DNA of 63,666 nucleotides, counting the filler, from Octopus bimaculoides (lineage: Eukaryota): NCBI RefSeq assembly GCF_001194135.2. It is 4 parts of 4 records of this genome, joined end to end, with 100 filler letters (N's around TTAATTAATTAA, not from the genome) between each part and the next. Parts side by side here need not be neighbours in the genome. Positions count along the whole stretch, not along the records: positions 47,592 to 63,666 come from NC_068990.1; 3 more parts are not named here. The stretch is one strand, 5' to 3'. A program made the translations under genes and the position numbers. The notes beneath the pieces were generated by a model, which was not told the origin of the DNA, searched no databases, and saw nothing but the letters and a program-made list of their open reading frames with translations. Shown piece by piece: positions 51,315-63,666 of this stretch. Every line of letters starts with the position of its first letter. Position 1 is the first letter of the stretch.

Positions 51315-51669
51315 CCACTTTTAGCTTTAGACAAAATATTTTAGTCGAGATAATATGAGCTTCACCTATCTTACAATACTCCAACGTAATTTTCTAAACA
51401 TTTGTACATTTATTAGTATTTTGACATATATACATATATATGTAAAGGCTCACCATATCCGAAGTTGAAAGGCTTGGATGTGTTCTAAAATTTATTAGAA
51501 TCGTTTATACTTTGAGTCTACGTCTTAACCTTATTACATTTACAGGGAGAAAGATGTAATTTGCATTAAGTACGGTAACTTCAATATTTATCTCGGTTTA
51601 AATGGATTAAATTTTGATCAGAATTATTTAGAGTAGATTTAATTTATATTTGTATAAAAATCACAAAAC

Positions 51670-51850
51670 ACTTGTATTACAAATGGGCAGCCTTGTCACA
51701 CTCTGTGTCACGCTGAATCTCCCCGAGAACTACGTTAAGGGTTCACGTGTCTTTGGAGTGCTCAGCCACTTGCACGTTAATTTCACTAGCTTGCTGTGCC
51801 GTTGATGGAATCAACTGGAACCTTAGTCGTCGTAACCGACGGAGAGCCAC
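51670..51850 (+). mobile_element. SINE family C, 3' part
   Basis: GGGCAGCCTTGTCACAC...CCCCGAGAACTACGTTAAGGG...GTCGTCGTAACCGACGGAG. Confidence 0.75.
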
Positions 51851-52154
51851 GATATATATAATCAGAATTATTAGGTGTAGATTTAATTTATCTATACTAT
51901 ATATAAAACAGAGATGTGTGTGTAATCGCTTTTTACGTGAAATCGACTTCACCAAATGCTTCCATACTTGTAATGCATGAATAATTTGACCTCGGATAAA
52001 TCTTAGGCTCTTCATTTGATTTTTTTAATTGAAAATAAATAATATTGCTTTATATTTAAGATTCACTTCTTTAAAAAGGTTCCTCAATGTCAACTTCCGG
52101 TATTGACGTAACAACGTCAAAAAGCTTTCACTCTCTATTTTGTGTGTTCGTGTG

Positions 52155-52188
<34 letters not shown>

Positions 52189-52779
52189 AGTAAATACTAC
52201 ATACACACCGCTCTCTCACACACATACACACGCACACACACAACCATTGACTCACTCACACTCTGTCTCTTACANNNNNNNNNNNNNNNNNNNNNNNNNN
52301 NNNNNNNNNNNNNNNNNNNNNNNNNNNNNNNNNNNNNNNNNNNNNNNNNNNNNNNNNNNNNNNNNNNNNNNNNNNNNNNNNNNNNNNNNNNNNNNNNNNN
52401 NNNNNNNNNNNNNNNNNNNNNNNNCTCACTCACACTTTGTCTCTTACAAACACACACATACATAAATGTATATAAACATATTTACAAAGACACACGTGTG
52501 TATGCGCGCGCGCGTGCGTGGGGGTTCCACAATCGCTATTTATTTCAATTACTCTTGTGAGGATATTCACGTAAATCATTTTTTTCATTTAATCTCCATT
52601 TTAATTTTCGTAAAAGTTTCCAAGTACCAATGAGGCTTTTTGGCACATCTTCAATTTTCCCCATTCATGAGAGGCGCCCAGCCATCATTCATCTGAGAGT
52701 CCATCTACAGAATGTCTTCAAATTTCTATAAAGCATATTTTGCCTTTTTTTCTTCCAGTATAGAAGCAACAATTTCATT

Positions 52780-52807
52780 CCCGAGCAACGCCGGGTGCCT
52801 CTGCTAG
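52780..52807 (+). mobile_element. Helitron-type 3' terminus
   Basis: CCCGAGCAACGCCGGG-TGCCTCTG-CTAG|T. Confidence 0.55.
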
Positions 52808-53534
52808 TATTTATATAAAAATCAGAAATCACCTGCTGTGCAAAGGAAATGTGAGCTGCCGCCGTAATTACATTCATAGCTAATGGATCTGTCTACTAAA
52901 TCGCATTCCTTTTACAAGAAAATAGTCTAGCCATTGTACCACTAATAGGAAAAGAAATGCCATTTAGTTTACATTTAATATCACTGCAAACATCTCGATG
53001 GCTTGTATTTTCTTTGAACATCATTCAAAACATATCAGTTACAGAACAAACCCTTCAGAGCAGTACTACTTACAGCTCCTCTTTCGATACTAATTTTGAC
53101 CAAAATTAAGTGTTCTCAAAGAGGAAAGGTTTGTCCTGTATGTATATACATAGAACTTTCTTTGTCAAATGGTAAACTGCTAATGCTCTCTGAAGTAAAA
53201 GAAAAAAGAGAACAAGCTGTAATTTTTTCCTTCTATAACGAATACCTCCTTTCTATCATTTTATATTATCATAGACCCGGTTATGTCATGTTGAAAGTTT
53301 CGAAACAGAATGAAATAGTGCCGTACACAATTACGCTACCGTGTTGTAGGAACTTTAAGAATTTCGTAATAAGTCAGCAATAAAAAAGTAACTATATGCA
53401 CTGTATGCAACATTTTCTTTCTTTAAACCTCTAATCCTACTAAGTATCATGGTGAAACGATTGCTTCACTTGTGTAAAGTCTCAACTATGGGACAACACG
53501 TAAAACTTAAATGTTGTTATAACAAACAAACGCA

Positions 53535-53890
53535 AAGGCGGCGAGCTGGCAGAATTGTTAGCACGCTGGAAGAAATGCTTAACGGTAGAATCGAAACCGC
53601 GCCGGATAAAATGCCTATCGGCCTTTCTTGAGTTCTTAACGTTCTCAGTTCATATGCAACCAAGGTCGGTTCTGGGGAGCTGGTAGAATCGTTAGCAGGC
53701 TGAACGAAATGCTTAGCGGTATTTTGCCCGTCGCTACGATCTGAGTTCAACTTGCGCCGAGGTCGATTTTATCTTTTATCTTTTCGGGTATAGATAAATT
53801 AAGTACCAGTTGAGTAATGGAGTCGATGTAATCGACTACTCCACTCCCCCAAATTTCAGGTCATGTGCCAATAATAGAAAGGATTATTAC
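53535..53890 (+). mobile_element. SINE family A with three tandem head segments
   Basis: The (GC)TGG(C/T)AGAAT..TTAGCA...GAAATGCTT motif recurs near 53540, 53577 (partial) and 53678 before a single 3' body. Confidence 0.65.
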
Positions 53891-54294
53891 AAACACCTCA
53901 GATTCTCTGCAATTCAGCAGAAGTATCAAGCCCTGTAATATTGATTGTATTTCGAAAACAAGTGTTTAACTAAATCACGCTGTACCATGATGAAAATAGT
54001 AGAAATTAATGATAAATTTGTTTCTAAATACAAAGATATTTCGCAGGAAAAGGCACTAATTGAATAATTAGGTATATCATTTAATCTACATCCTGAGGTC
54101 TAGTACGTCGGTCACGACCGGTAAACCATGTTAGGAACACACACAGAAACACACACACGCACACGCGCGCGCGCCCGCAAGCGCACACACGCACATAGTC
54201 ACACTCACACACACGTACACAAACACAATACACACACAGACAAATAAACAAACACAAACGCATATATGCGCATAGATCGCTAGCCTCTATACAT

Positions 54295-54425
54295 TCTTTA
54301 TTTTCTCACCTTGTTTCTTTCTGTGTTCCTAAGAGCGTAGGCTCGAAACGTTAAAGACTTCTTCACTTCTCGAGCGTTAAACTAATACATCTGTTTGTTG
54401 TCTACACCACTTGTCTTCTTTTGTT
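54295..54425 (+). repeat. Dispersed ~140-bp repeat (copy of 5376-5515)
   Basis: Aligns by eye to the reverse complement of 5376-5515. Confidence 0.7.
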
Positions 54426-54575
54426 TTATAGCGAATTCTCCCTAAATAACATGTAATATTTTCTTGTATTTATGCACACACGATAGTTCTACGAACAACG
54501 CTGGGGTGAATACACATTTAGACTTGAGGACACGCATACATATAAATAATACACTAACAAATCACTCTATCTAAG

Positions 54576-54610
<35 letters not shown>

Positions 54611-54654
54611 ATATATTTATATGCATATTTTCATTTTTGTATTTGATTTGCAAG

Positions 54655-54926
54655 ATTCTTTATGTGAATTCGTGTGTTGAAGAATATTTTATAGTGTCTG
54701 AGGAGAGTCATTCTGTTTTAATGCCTCATCAATTAACACACTCACCGGTTTGATTTCCACTCATTTACTTGTTTAATTTTTTCTACGAAAATTTTAGAAA
54801 AAAATAAACAAAGTAAATGAGTGGAAATCGAACCGGTGAGTGCGTTAATTAATAAGACATTAAAACAGAATGACTCTCCCCAGACACTATAAAATATTCT
54901 TCAACACACGAATTCACATATAGAAT
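54655..54926. repeat. Long hairpin: ~131-bp inverted arms, ~9-nt loop
   Basis: 54655-54785 versus 54795-54926, about 90% complementary by eye, with mostly transition mismatches. Confidence 0.95.
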
Positions 54927-55092
54927 AACACCCACGCAAATATTAAAAACGATATATTCAAAACGGTTGCCTCAAGAATTTATTCAAGAACGATTTCAAT
55001 CAATACAATCATACACAACGAGTCACTTTTAGGTCATTTGAACGCTTAAGTGGGTTCCATCAACATCCTGCCATTGTCATACCACTGCCGCA

Positions 55093-55221
55093 TTCTTCTT
55101 CTTCTTCTTCTTCTTCTTCTTCTTCTTCTTCTTCTTCTTCTTCTTCTTCTTCTTCTTCTTCTTCTTCTTCTTCTTCTTCTTCTTCTTCTTCTTCTTCTTC
55201 TTCTTCTTCTTCTTCTTCTTC
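55093..55221. repeat. (TTC)43 microsatellite
   Basis: Uninterrupted TTC/GAA tract. Confidence 0.95.
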
Positions 55222-55439
55222 TACTCCGCTCCCTCCTTTCTCTACTACTACTACTGCAAACGCCAGAACGTAAGCGAATAAGACAAATGAGAAGATACAA
55301 ACTATAAAGATTAATCATAGACCGGTGTTTGCTGAATTTTCTTGGGAACAATCTTTTCGTAGTAGTCAGACCGTAGGTGGTCTTCTTCTAGCATAATGGA
55401 TGTCCTCTTAGTTGCCACCCCTCTTATATGTATATGTGT

Positions 55440-55790
55440 GGAGGGGCAATACATGTGTAAGGCAGCGGACTCGCGTTCATAGGCTCGCGGTTTCGGTTCC
55501 CACACCGGGCGTTGTGAGTGTTTATTGAGCAAAAACACCTAAATCTCCACGAGGCTCCAGTAGGAGGTGGTAGGGAACCCTGATGTATTCTTTCACCACA
55601 ACCTCACTCTTTCTTCCTGTAGCCCTTGTACCTATATTACAAATGGGCAGCCTTGTCACACGCTGTGTCACACTGTGTGTCACGCTGAATCTCCTTGAGA
55701 ACTACGTTAAGAGTTCACGTGTCTGTGGAGTGCTCAGCTTCTTGCACTCAGATCAACTGGAACCCTAATCGTCGTAACCGACGGAGATCC
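55440..55790 (+). mobile_element. SINE family C, decayed head
   Basis: GGCAGCGGACTCGCG...CACACCGGGCGTTGTGAGTGTTTATTGAGC...GGAACCCTAATCGTCGTAACCGACGGAG. Confidence 0.75.
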
Positions 55791-55858
55791 ATGATATATA
55801 TATATATATATACTTATATATGTATATACAAATATATTTATATCTTTATATAATATGC

Positions 55859-55889
<31 letters not shown>

Positions 55890-56763
55890 CATANNNNNNN
55901 NNNNNNNNNNNNNNNNNNNNNNNNNNNNNNNNNNNNNNNNNNNNNNNNNNNNNNNNNNNNNNNNNNNNNNNNNNNNNNNNNNNNNNNNNNNNNNNNNNNN
56001 NNNNNNNNNNNNNNNNNNNNNNNNNNNNNNNNNNNNNNNNNNNNNNNNNNNNNNNNNNNNNNNNNNNNNNNNNNNNNNNNNNNNNNNNNNNNNNNNNNNN
56101 NNNNNNNNNNNNNNNNNNNNNNNNNNNNNNNNNNNNNNNNNNNNNNNNNNNNNNNNNNNNNNNNNNNNNNNNNNNNNNNNNNNNNNNNNNNNNNNNNNNN
56201 NNNNNNNNNNNNNNNNNNNNNNNNNNNNNNNNNNNNNNNNNNNNNNNNNNNNNNNNNNNNNNNNNNNNNNNNNNNNNNNNNNNNNNNNNNNNNNNNNNNN
56301 NNNNNNNNNNNNNNNNNNNNNNNNNNNNNNNNNNNNNNNNNNNNNNNNNNNNNNNNNNNNNNNNNNNNNNNNNNNNNNNNNNNNNNNNNNNNNNNNNNNN
56401 NNNNNNNNNNNNNNNNNNNNNNNNNNNNNNNNNNNNNNNNNNNNNNNNNNNNNNNNNNNNNNNNNNNNNNNNNNNNNNNNNNNNNNNNNNNNNNNNNNNN
56501 NNNNNNNNNNNNNNNNNNNNNNNNNNNNNNNNNNNNNNNNNNNNNNNNNNNNNNNNNNNNNNNNNNNNNNNNNNNNNNNNNNNNNNNNNNNNNNNNNNNN
56601 NNNNNNNNNNNNNNNNNNNNNNNNNNNNNNNNNNNNNNNNNNNNNNNNNNNNNNNNNNNNNNNNNNNNNNNNNNNNNNNNNNNNNNNNNNNNNNNNNNNN
56701 NNNNNNNNNNNNNNNNNNNNNNNNNNNNNNNNNNNNNNNNNNNNNNNNNNNNNNNNNNNNNNN

Positions 56764-56797
<34 letters not shown>

Positions 56798-57100
56798 TAT
56801 AAATATATATATATATTTACAAATATACATATATCTCTATATATCTATATATGTCTATCTCTCTCTATCTATCTATCTGTCTATCTATCTGTCTATCTAT
56901 CTATCTATCGATATATCTATCTATCTTATATATGTATATACATACATATTGATAAAAAATACATATACATACATATATATTCTCATATATACATTTACAC
57001 ATACACATATATATACATATATACACACACAAACACATATATTTATATATATACACATGTATTATGTGTGTGTGTGTGCGCATGTGTATATGTGTGTGTG

Positions 57101-57146
<46 letters not shown>

Positions 57147-57404
57147 TGTGTGTGTGTGTACTACTCAATACTTCTGAAGTATTATATTAATTCTTTGTAT
57201 TTACTTAATTGTTATTCAGCAAGTTGAAGTACTTATTCATATTCTCCCGTCTTTACTTAACTGTTTTCATTCTCGCATTTTTTTGTTATTGCACTAGCTC
57301 GTATTTTTATTTTAATTTTATTTTTTTGTTGTTCTGATTGCTATCCATAAATGTCTTATTTTCTGTCTTTCCTTCGTCTCGTGTAGTTATTATTATTATT
57401 GTTA

Positions 57405-57968
57405 TTGTTGTTACTGAGTGAGAGAGCAGTGCATGCCATCAAACTGACACTGGGGTAGAATATACGAAGCCCTTTATACCCATCATGATTACTCGTCTGA
57501 TAAGGGTACCCCAGGCACATGCATCACAACCATATGTGCGCGACATGGTGATCTCATATCAAGATAAACAGCGCATGACCTTGCAGGTGGGGCCCAGTTA
57601 GAATTTTGTTCAGGTCGGGTAGCCCATCCCGCTCAAAGGGTCCCTGAATAAGGTTTGTTTAAGGATGTTGAGCAAAACACCCGTTTCCAAAGGTGGATTA
57701 TTCAAACCCCAAAGAATTCCTCTCAACACATGGTTATGATGCTCCCCCACTACTTCTGCTCATGATCAGAGATGCACATATCATCAGCCACCAAGGGACA
57801 TGCTCAACTGGTTAAGGTCAAGCAACTGACAAGCAAATCTGTGGTATTGAGCAGAGTATTTGCTGTAGCCCATCTTTTATGCCAAGACAAAACAATGTAC
57901 ATTATAACACTTCCATCCAGTTAAGATCAGAAGTCATGCGAGCCACTGCTTGATACTGCATCAGGGAT
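57405..57968. mobile_element. Unclassified ~560-bp interspersed element bounded by (TTA/TTG)n tracts
   Basis: GC-richer island with simple-repeat flanks. I recall it as an abundant octopus repeat, but this is not verifiable here. Confidence 0.35.
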
Positions 57969-57987
57969 TATTATTATTATTATTATT

Positions 57988-58022
<35 letters not shown>

Positions 58023-58029
58023 AAATGTA

Positions 58030-58245
58030 GCGAGGTGACAGAACCGTTAGCACGCCTGGCAAAATGCTTGGCGACATTTCGTTTGTCACTTCGTTCTAAG
58101 TTCAAATTCCGCCGAGGTCGACTTTGTATTTCATCCTTTCGAGGCTCAATCAAATAAGTACCAGTTGAGTGCTGGGGTCGATGTAACCGACTTAGTCATC
58201 CCGCCAAAAATTTCAGGCCGTGTTCCTTTAGTAGAAAGGATTATT
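58030..58245 (+). mobile_element. SINE family A, CpG-intact copy
   Basis: GACAGAACCGTTAGCACGCCTGGCAAAATG...TTCAAATTCCGCCGAGGTCGAC. Confidence 0.75.
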
Positions 58246-58246
58246 A

Positions 58247-58314
<68 letters not shown>

Positions 58315-58640
58315 TTCATTAAGGCGGTGAGCTATGAGAATCATTAGAATGCCGGGTAAAATACTGATTATAATTAGAACAAATTATTAGTTATTCACTT
58401 CATTTAATGCACACCATATTGATTAATTAGGCGTCAGGATTAAATTCCAGAACACATGGCCACTTTACTAGCGATTAATGAACGTCATCTTATAATGACG
58501 TCAGTAGAACGTAGGGAATAGTTGCCTGTCCAAACTGAAAATTTCCTCCATCACAAGTTACCAGCCATAACTCTGCAGCTTTCGTCATAGCTAGGTCAGC
58601 CTTATAATTGTCACAGGGCTACGGCCATACTGGAGCACAG

Positions 58641-58865
58641 TATGTTGCACAGATTAGTCCCTGCACGGACTAGTCCTTACACAGACTCGTATCTTGCACA
58701 GACACTACCATACAAGACTTGTACCTTGCAAAGATTCGTATCTTGCACAGATTTGTACCTTGTGCAGGCTTGTACCTTGCAAAAACTTGTACCTTGCACA
58801 GAATTGTACCTTGCAAAGACTCGTACCTTGCACTGACTAGTCCTTTCACAGACTGGTACCTTGCA
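58641..58865. repeat. Degenerate 17-bp minisatellite (GTACCTTGCACAGACTC-like), about 13 units
   Basis: CTTGCA(C/A)AGA core recurs with a period of about 17 bp. Confidence 0.85.
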
Positions 58866-59446
58866 TGGTATAGAATTAATAAACTGTTATCATTTAGACT
58901 AATCCACAGGTACCTGTCCTTCATTTAATCATTTAAGCAAATTTAAAATTCGTTCAATTTAAAACGTAAGAAGCAATGTCACCACTTGCTTTTTTTTTTT
59001 TCGAAAAGCAATCAATAATCCAGAGAGGCTTTGGAACTAAAAGTTCCCGAAAATCAATGTTGTACCTCTACTCTGAAAACCAAGTAACTTTATTAGTCAC
59101 GTAGCAAATTTTCAGTGTCGAGGAACAAATATTTGGTAGTTTAGTTTATCCGGCCAGTCAGATTCAACTGCCGATAATTGAGTAGAGATCATCAAACAAT
59201 ACTAATGACAATACCGCGTATGCACAGATATCTGATTGAAAGATAATTACTCAATCTATTACACCTATTTAATTACAGGCCGATGTTGGTGCATCAGAAG
59301 ATCTCATTTTACAATGACGACAACCTGGAGTCTTTAAACTAAAATTTGTCACAGTACATCAAAGCTACGTTATTTACGTTTAATTTTCTCTTTGTGCAAT
59401 GCTAAATGTCAATTTTGTATGTACATAATTACATAGGATATAATCG

Positions 59447-59557
<111 letters not shown>

Positions 59558-59857
59558 CTCTCTCCTTCTCTTTCTGTTTCTCTCTCTGTTTCTTTCGATC
59601 TCTCTCTCTCTCTCTCTCTCGATCACTATCTGTCTGAAGCTATATCACTCAATTTCCTTATCGTTCCCTGTACATACATTCACGCGCACACACGCAAACA
59701 CATATCCACACTCACAAACATGCACACACAAGCACACACACACACACACACACACACATACTCATATTTGTGCATACATGCATTTAGGCATGTATAAGCA
59801 TATATATGCATATATACATACACACATTAACTGCATATATACATACATCTATGTGAG

Positions 59858-59907
<50 letters not shown>

Positions 59908-60466
59908 TGTATGTATGTATATATGTATGTGCGTGTGTGCATTTATATATATTTTTATTTATATATGTACATATAAACATGTGTGTGTATGCATATTTAT
60001 ACACGAACCTATTCCATGTCACACATAAACACACACGTGCACTCACAAATATGCATAAACAAAGACACACACATACCTAAACACACACTCATACAGACAT
60101 AAACATATTTAAAGCAAGAGAAGGTGATTTCTGATGTAATTGCTTTTCACACATAATGAAATTCTATTATGAGAAGATATCCTCTGTGAATACCATTAAT
60201 CTATAAGTGGATTATCACAACGAAAAGTAAATTTTAGAGGTGCATATGTTAACACTCTGATAGGCATGGCTTTCTCTAAACTGGTAACCATGTTAAATTA
60301 AAAGAAGAGCAGCTCGTAAATAATTTACATCATTAAGAGTTCGAAATCTTCAATGAATATCTTACATTTGCTTCTTGCTGCTGCCTGTACTGTTTGTCCA
60401 CGTGTGGCAAAGCTTGGGACTTACGTAAACATACACACGCGCGGACACGCTCATACACGCACACAC

Positions 60467-60549
<83 letters not shown>

Positions 60550-60554
<5 letters not shown>

Positions 60555-61347
60555 TGTACGATGAGTAAACTGTCATCACCATTTTATATTTGTAATTTTA
60601 CGCATGTGCATTATTTACTGTTGATTATCTCGACTACACAGTATAGTAGGGTCAGTTGGGCACCGTCTGTGAGAAAAACAGCACAATGACTCTATTCACT
60701 CTGCTAGAAATTTGCAAACGACATGTGGTACTGCCTGGAATTCGCGCCGGAAGCCCCACTACAAACATTTCAGAGTGTTTGGGTGTCGATCTGACGACAG
60801 TGCAATCTGAGGACATGTACTGAGAGCGATAAAAATCAAACATCCAGTCACTATCTTGGTGTTTGGAGTGATTACTAATGATGGCGACGTTATACCTCCA
60901 TTCATCTTCTCATACGGTCTCACACTCAACACGGGGGCCTATATCAGGTACCTGGAGGAGGAACTGCTGCCCTGGGTCAAGAGGGTGGCTGCTGGAAGAA
61001 CCTATGTCTGGCAACAAGACTCTGCACATTACCTCACAAGCAGAAGAACCCAGTAATGGCTGTCAGAAAATTTCTGCGACCACATCACCCCTAACATGTG
61101 GCAGCCTAATTTTCGATACGGCAGCAACTCCCTTGATAATTATGTGTGGCCAAGGAAACTCCTTGTGACACCAAAGAAGAACTGAAGGTAAGGATTATGG
61201 CAGCATTTACCAACTTAAACAAGAGATTGTCCAGAAGAGTTGCAGAAGATTTCGAAGTCGTCTGGATGCTGTGGTTGAAGCTTAGGGCGATTTTATTGAA
61301 GAAATTTAATCTTTACTATTTCAAGATATTTTTATGCAATTTTGATA
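60550..61347 (+). mobile_element. Internally deleted Tc1/mariner (maT-like) transposon remnant
   Basis: Starts TA|CAGTG. Pieces MTLFTLLEICKRH..., VFGVITNDGDVIPPFIF...YVWQQDSAHY.TSRRTQ*WL...NSLDNYVW and ELKVRIMAAF match the catalytic-region motifs QQDSAP / SPD(C)NPLDYYVW. Right end lies in an N gap. Confidence 0.85.
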
Positions 61348-63596
61348 NNNNNNNNNNNNNNNNNNNNNNNNNNNNNNNNNNNNNNNNNNNNNNNNNNNNN
61401 NNNNNNNNNNNNNNNNNNNNNNNNNNNNNNNNNNNNNNNNNNNNNNNNNNNNNNNNNNNNNNNNNNNNNNNNNNNNNNNNNNNNAGAGAGAGAGAGAGAG
61501 ACAGACGGACAGAGGGGGAGAGAGCAAATATATAGAGATATACGTTAGCCATTGCTAGTATGAAAGGAAAGAGTCCAGTGGTAGAAATTTGGCATCAGGA
61601 GCAACATAAGGGCTTTGTAAAGATGTACATATGAGAAGATATATGCGACGAATAAAATGGGAGGCAGTAATAACAACAGCAAACTACAGAAGTTCATAAT
61701 CCCAGGAAACAAGGGGACAAACTCAGTAAATAACTGGTGAATTCGCTTCTTCTTCGGTGCCCATTGCTGACAACCAGGAAACCGAAGATTTTTCTAACAC
61801 ACAGGACTAGCATTTTTATAATAGGCAGCAAATGGGGCGCGGTAATTTTCGAAGAGGGTAAAAAACACAACTAATGAAGCTAACTCAAAGAGAAGGACGG
61901 TCTGAAGTTCGTTGTTGTTCGAAACAGAGATAAGACCTGATAGAAAAATTAAATGATCTGTATAAGGATGAAGAGACGGTGAAATAATTGAGGAAGAGAA
62001 AGTAGGGTCAGAATTAACGAAGAAATTGGAATAATTGCTAATATGGACACCGAACGTCTACCATTTTCGGAAATAATTATATAGAGAAATATTGCCAAAT
62101 GTTTTATCTCCTAAATTTTGAAGGGAATAAGTGGTAACAATTTCCTGAAATATGGAAAGAAACGATAAAAATAGTTTTAAAATCTTTTTAGGGAAGATCG
62201 AAATAGTGAAATAACTTGAAAAAAATTAATAAGCTTGAAACGTTCTTTTTTTTAACGAAAATTTCCAATACACATTACGTTATCGTCATGTGTGCAAAAA
62301 GTAACAAAGAAGTGAATTTAAGTTTTAAGATGGTGACAGGAAGAGAGAGTTGTTATCGCAATGAATGTTGAGAGTAAGTGGTGCGGTTGGGGCGAAGTTG
62401 ATATTTAAAATAAATAATAAAAACTATATTTTATTAAAAATGTATTAACATTTTCAGAATTCGCTGACATTTTAATTGAAGGAAACGAATACTTAAACTT
62501 GATTACATACACAGATACACTTGGTTTACAATATTATATATAATATTAACAGAATGACATCATCACAAATTGTTTCGCATTTTTTTTTTACAAACGTTTT
62601 AACATGTTCTAATTTCACATCTGCTCAGACGTTATATTACATTTTATTACCGCTGTGTTTGCAAAGCAATCGTTTCTAATATAGTTACAGTGCCTGGAAA
62701 TCTGGAGGAGAGGGTGTCAATTACATCGGTCTCAGTGCTCAAAGATCAAAGGCTGGGTGGGCCGCAGCAGTATTGGAATTTAGAACGTAATAACGGACGA
62801 AATGCCGCTAAACATTTTGCTCGAAATGTTAACGATTCTGCCAGCTGGCCGCTTTCATAATAATAGTAATAATAATAATAATCTGTTCTATTATAGGTAC
62901 AAGGGCATCTATTTTGGGAGAGGGAAGTAGTCAGCTACATTGACCCCAGTGCTTCACTAATGCCTAATTTATCAACCCCCAAAATACGAGAGACTGGCTA
63001 GCTGGAGACGATGTCTCCTGGGGTTAAATTACAGCAACATTCGTCCTAAACCAGGACTGCCACGTTATGTTGGCAAATAATCTCTACTATAAAGTACTGC
63101 TGCTGAATATCTCTCGTTGTGAGATTTACATTAATAATTTTCTAATTCACATAGTTTGTTTCAATGGTGCTTGGGCACTCAGACAAACACAGACATGATA
63201 TTAGGGAATCTTAGTAATTGGTACTAGTAGTTCTAATAGAGTATTTTATATAATAATTATGTTTTATATATGTTAATATATTATATATATATATTTCTTT
63301 ATTTTATATACAGTTATTAATTTTGCCTATACGGCTTTTATGTTTGCGGCGATTAACGATATTATTTTTATGAATAACAACGTTAGTTTATATATGTCAG
63401 GCACGCAGTGAACGACAACAGAATGTTATAGTGGAGTCTCTCCTGCATGTCTAACAAGATATGCCTAACTCGCGAATAAAAGTGCAAGGGAGCCGTGGCA
63501 GTTTGCGTGGTGATTGCGTTTTATTGGTTAATTTTCAATCATAATCAACCAATGAGCGATAGTTTGGCATGGAGCTGTCTTCGTGCATGATTGTTC

Positions 63597-63666
<70 letters not shown>

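Overview
AT-rich, microsatellite-dense animal DNA whose SINE/LINE repertoire I recognise as octopus-like (inference from memory, no database search). The window is not one contiguous assembly unit. Three identical 100-bp spacers (44 N + TTAATTAATTAA + 44 N) split it into segments 1-10869, 10970-38531, 38632-47491 and 47592-63666. Two host genes are partly present. Two coding exons of cytosolic aconitase/IRP1 (ACO1) lie on the minus strand (3733-3828, 1443-1611). Three consecutive in-phase exons of the E3 ligase HERC2 (end of CPH domain, ZZ zinc finger, start of DOC domain) lie on the plus strand (39398-43629). The rest is repeat: a decayed RTE-type LINE, a split HERO-like (RLE) retrotransposon, a Gypsy 3' end with LTR nested in a SINE, a mariner remnant, MITEs, Helitron ends, several tRNA-derived SINE families, foldback elements, minisatellites and microsatellites. 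The best unexpected signal is a type I hammerhead ribozyme motif with a complete catalytic core and a near-palindromic stem III at 16958-17003 (minus). Other leads: a candidate in-frame first exon for ACO1 at the 5' end of a LINE that would add a presequence-like peptide; a 103-nt intron-like unit in that LINE 5' region; CpG decay of SINE copies mainly in the gene-containing segments; and long inverted repeats that could form dsRNA. No CRISPR array, rRNA or true tRNA gene is supported.
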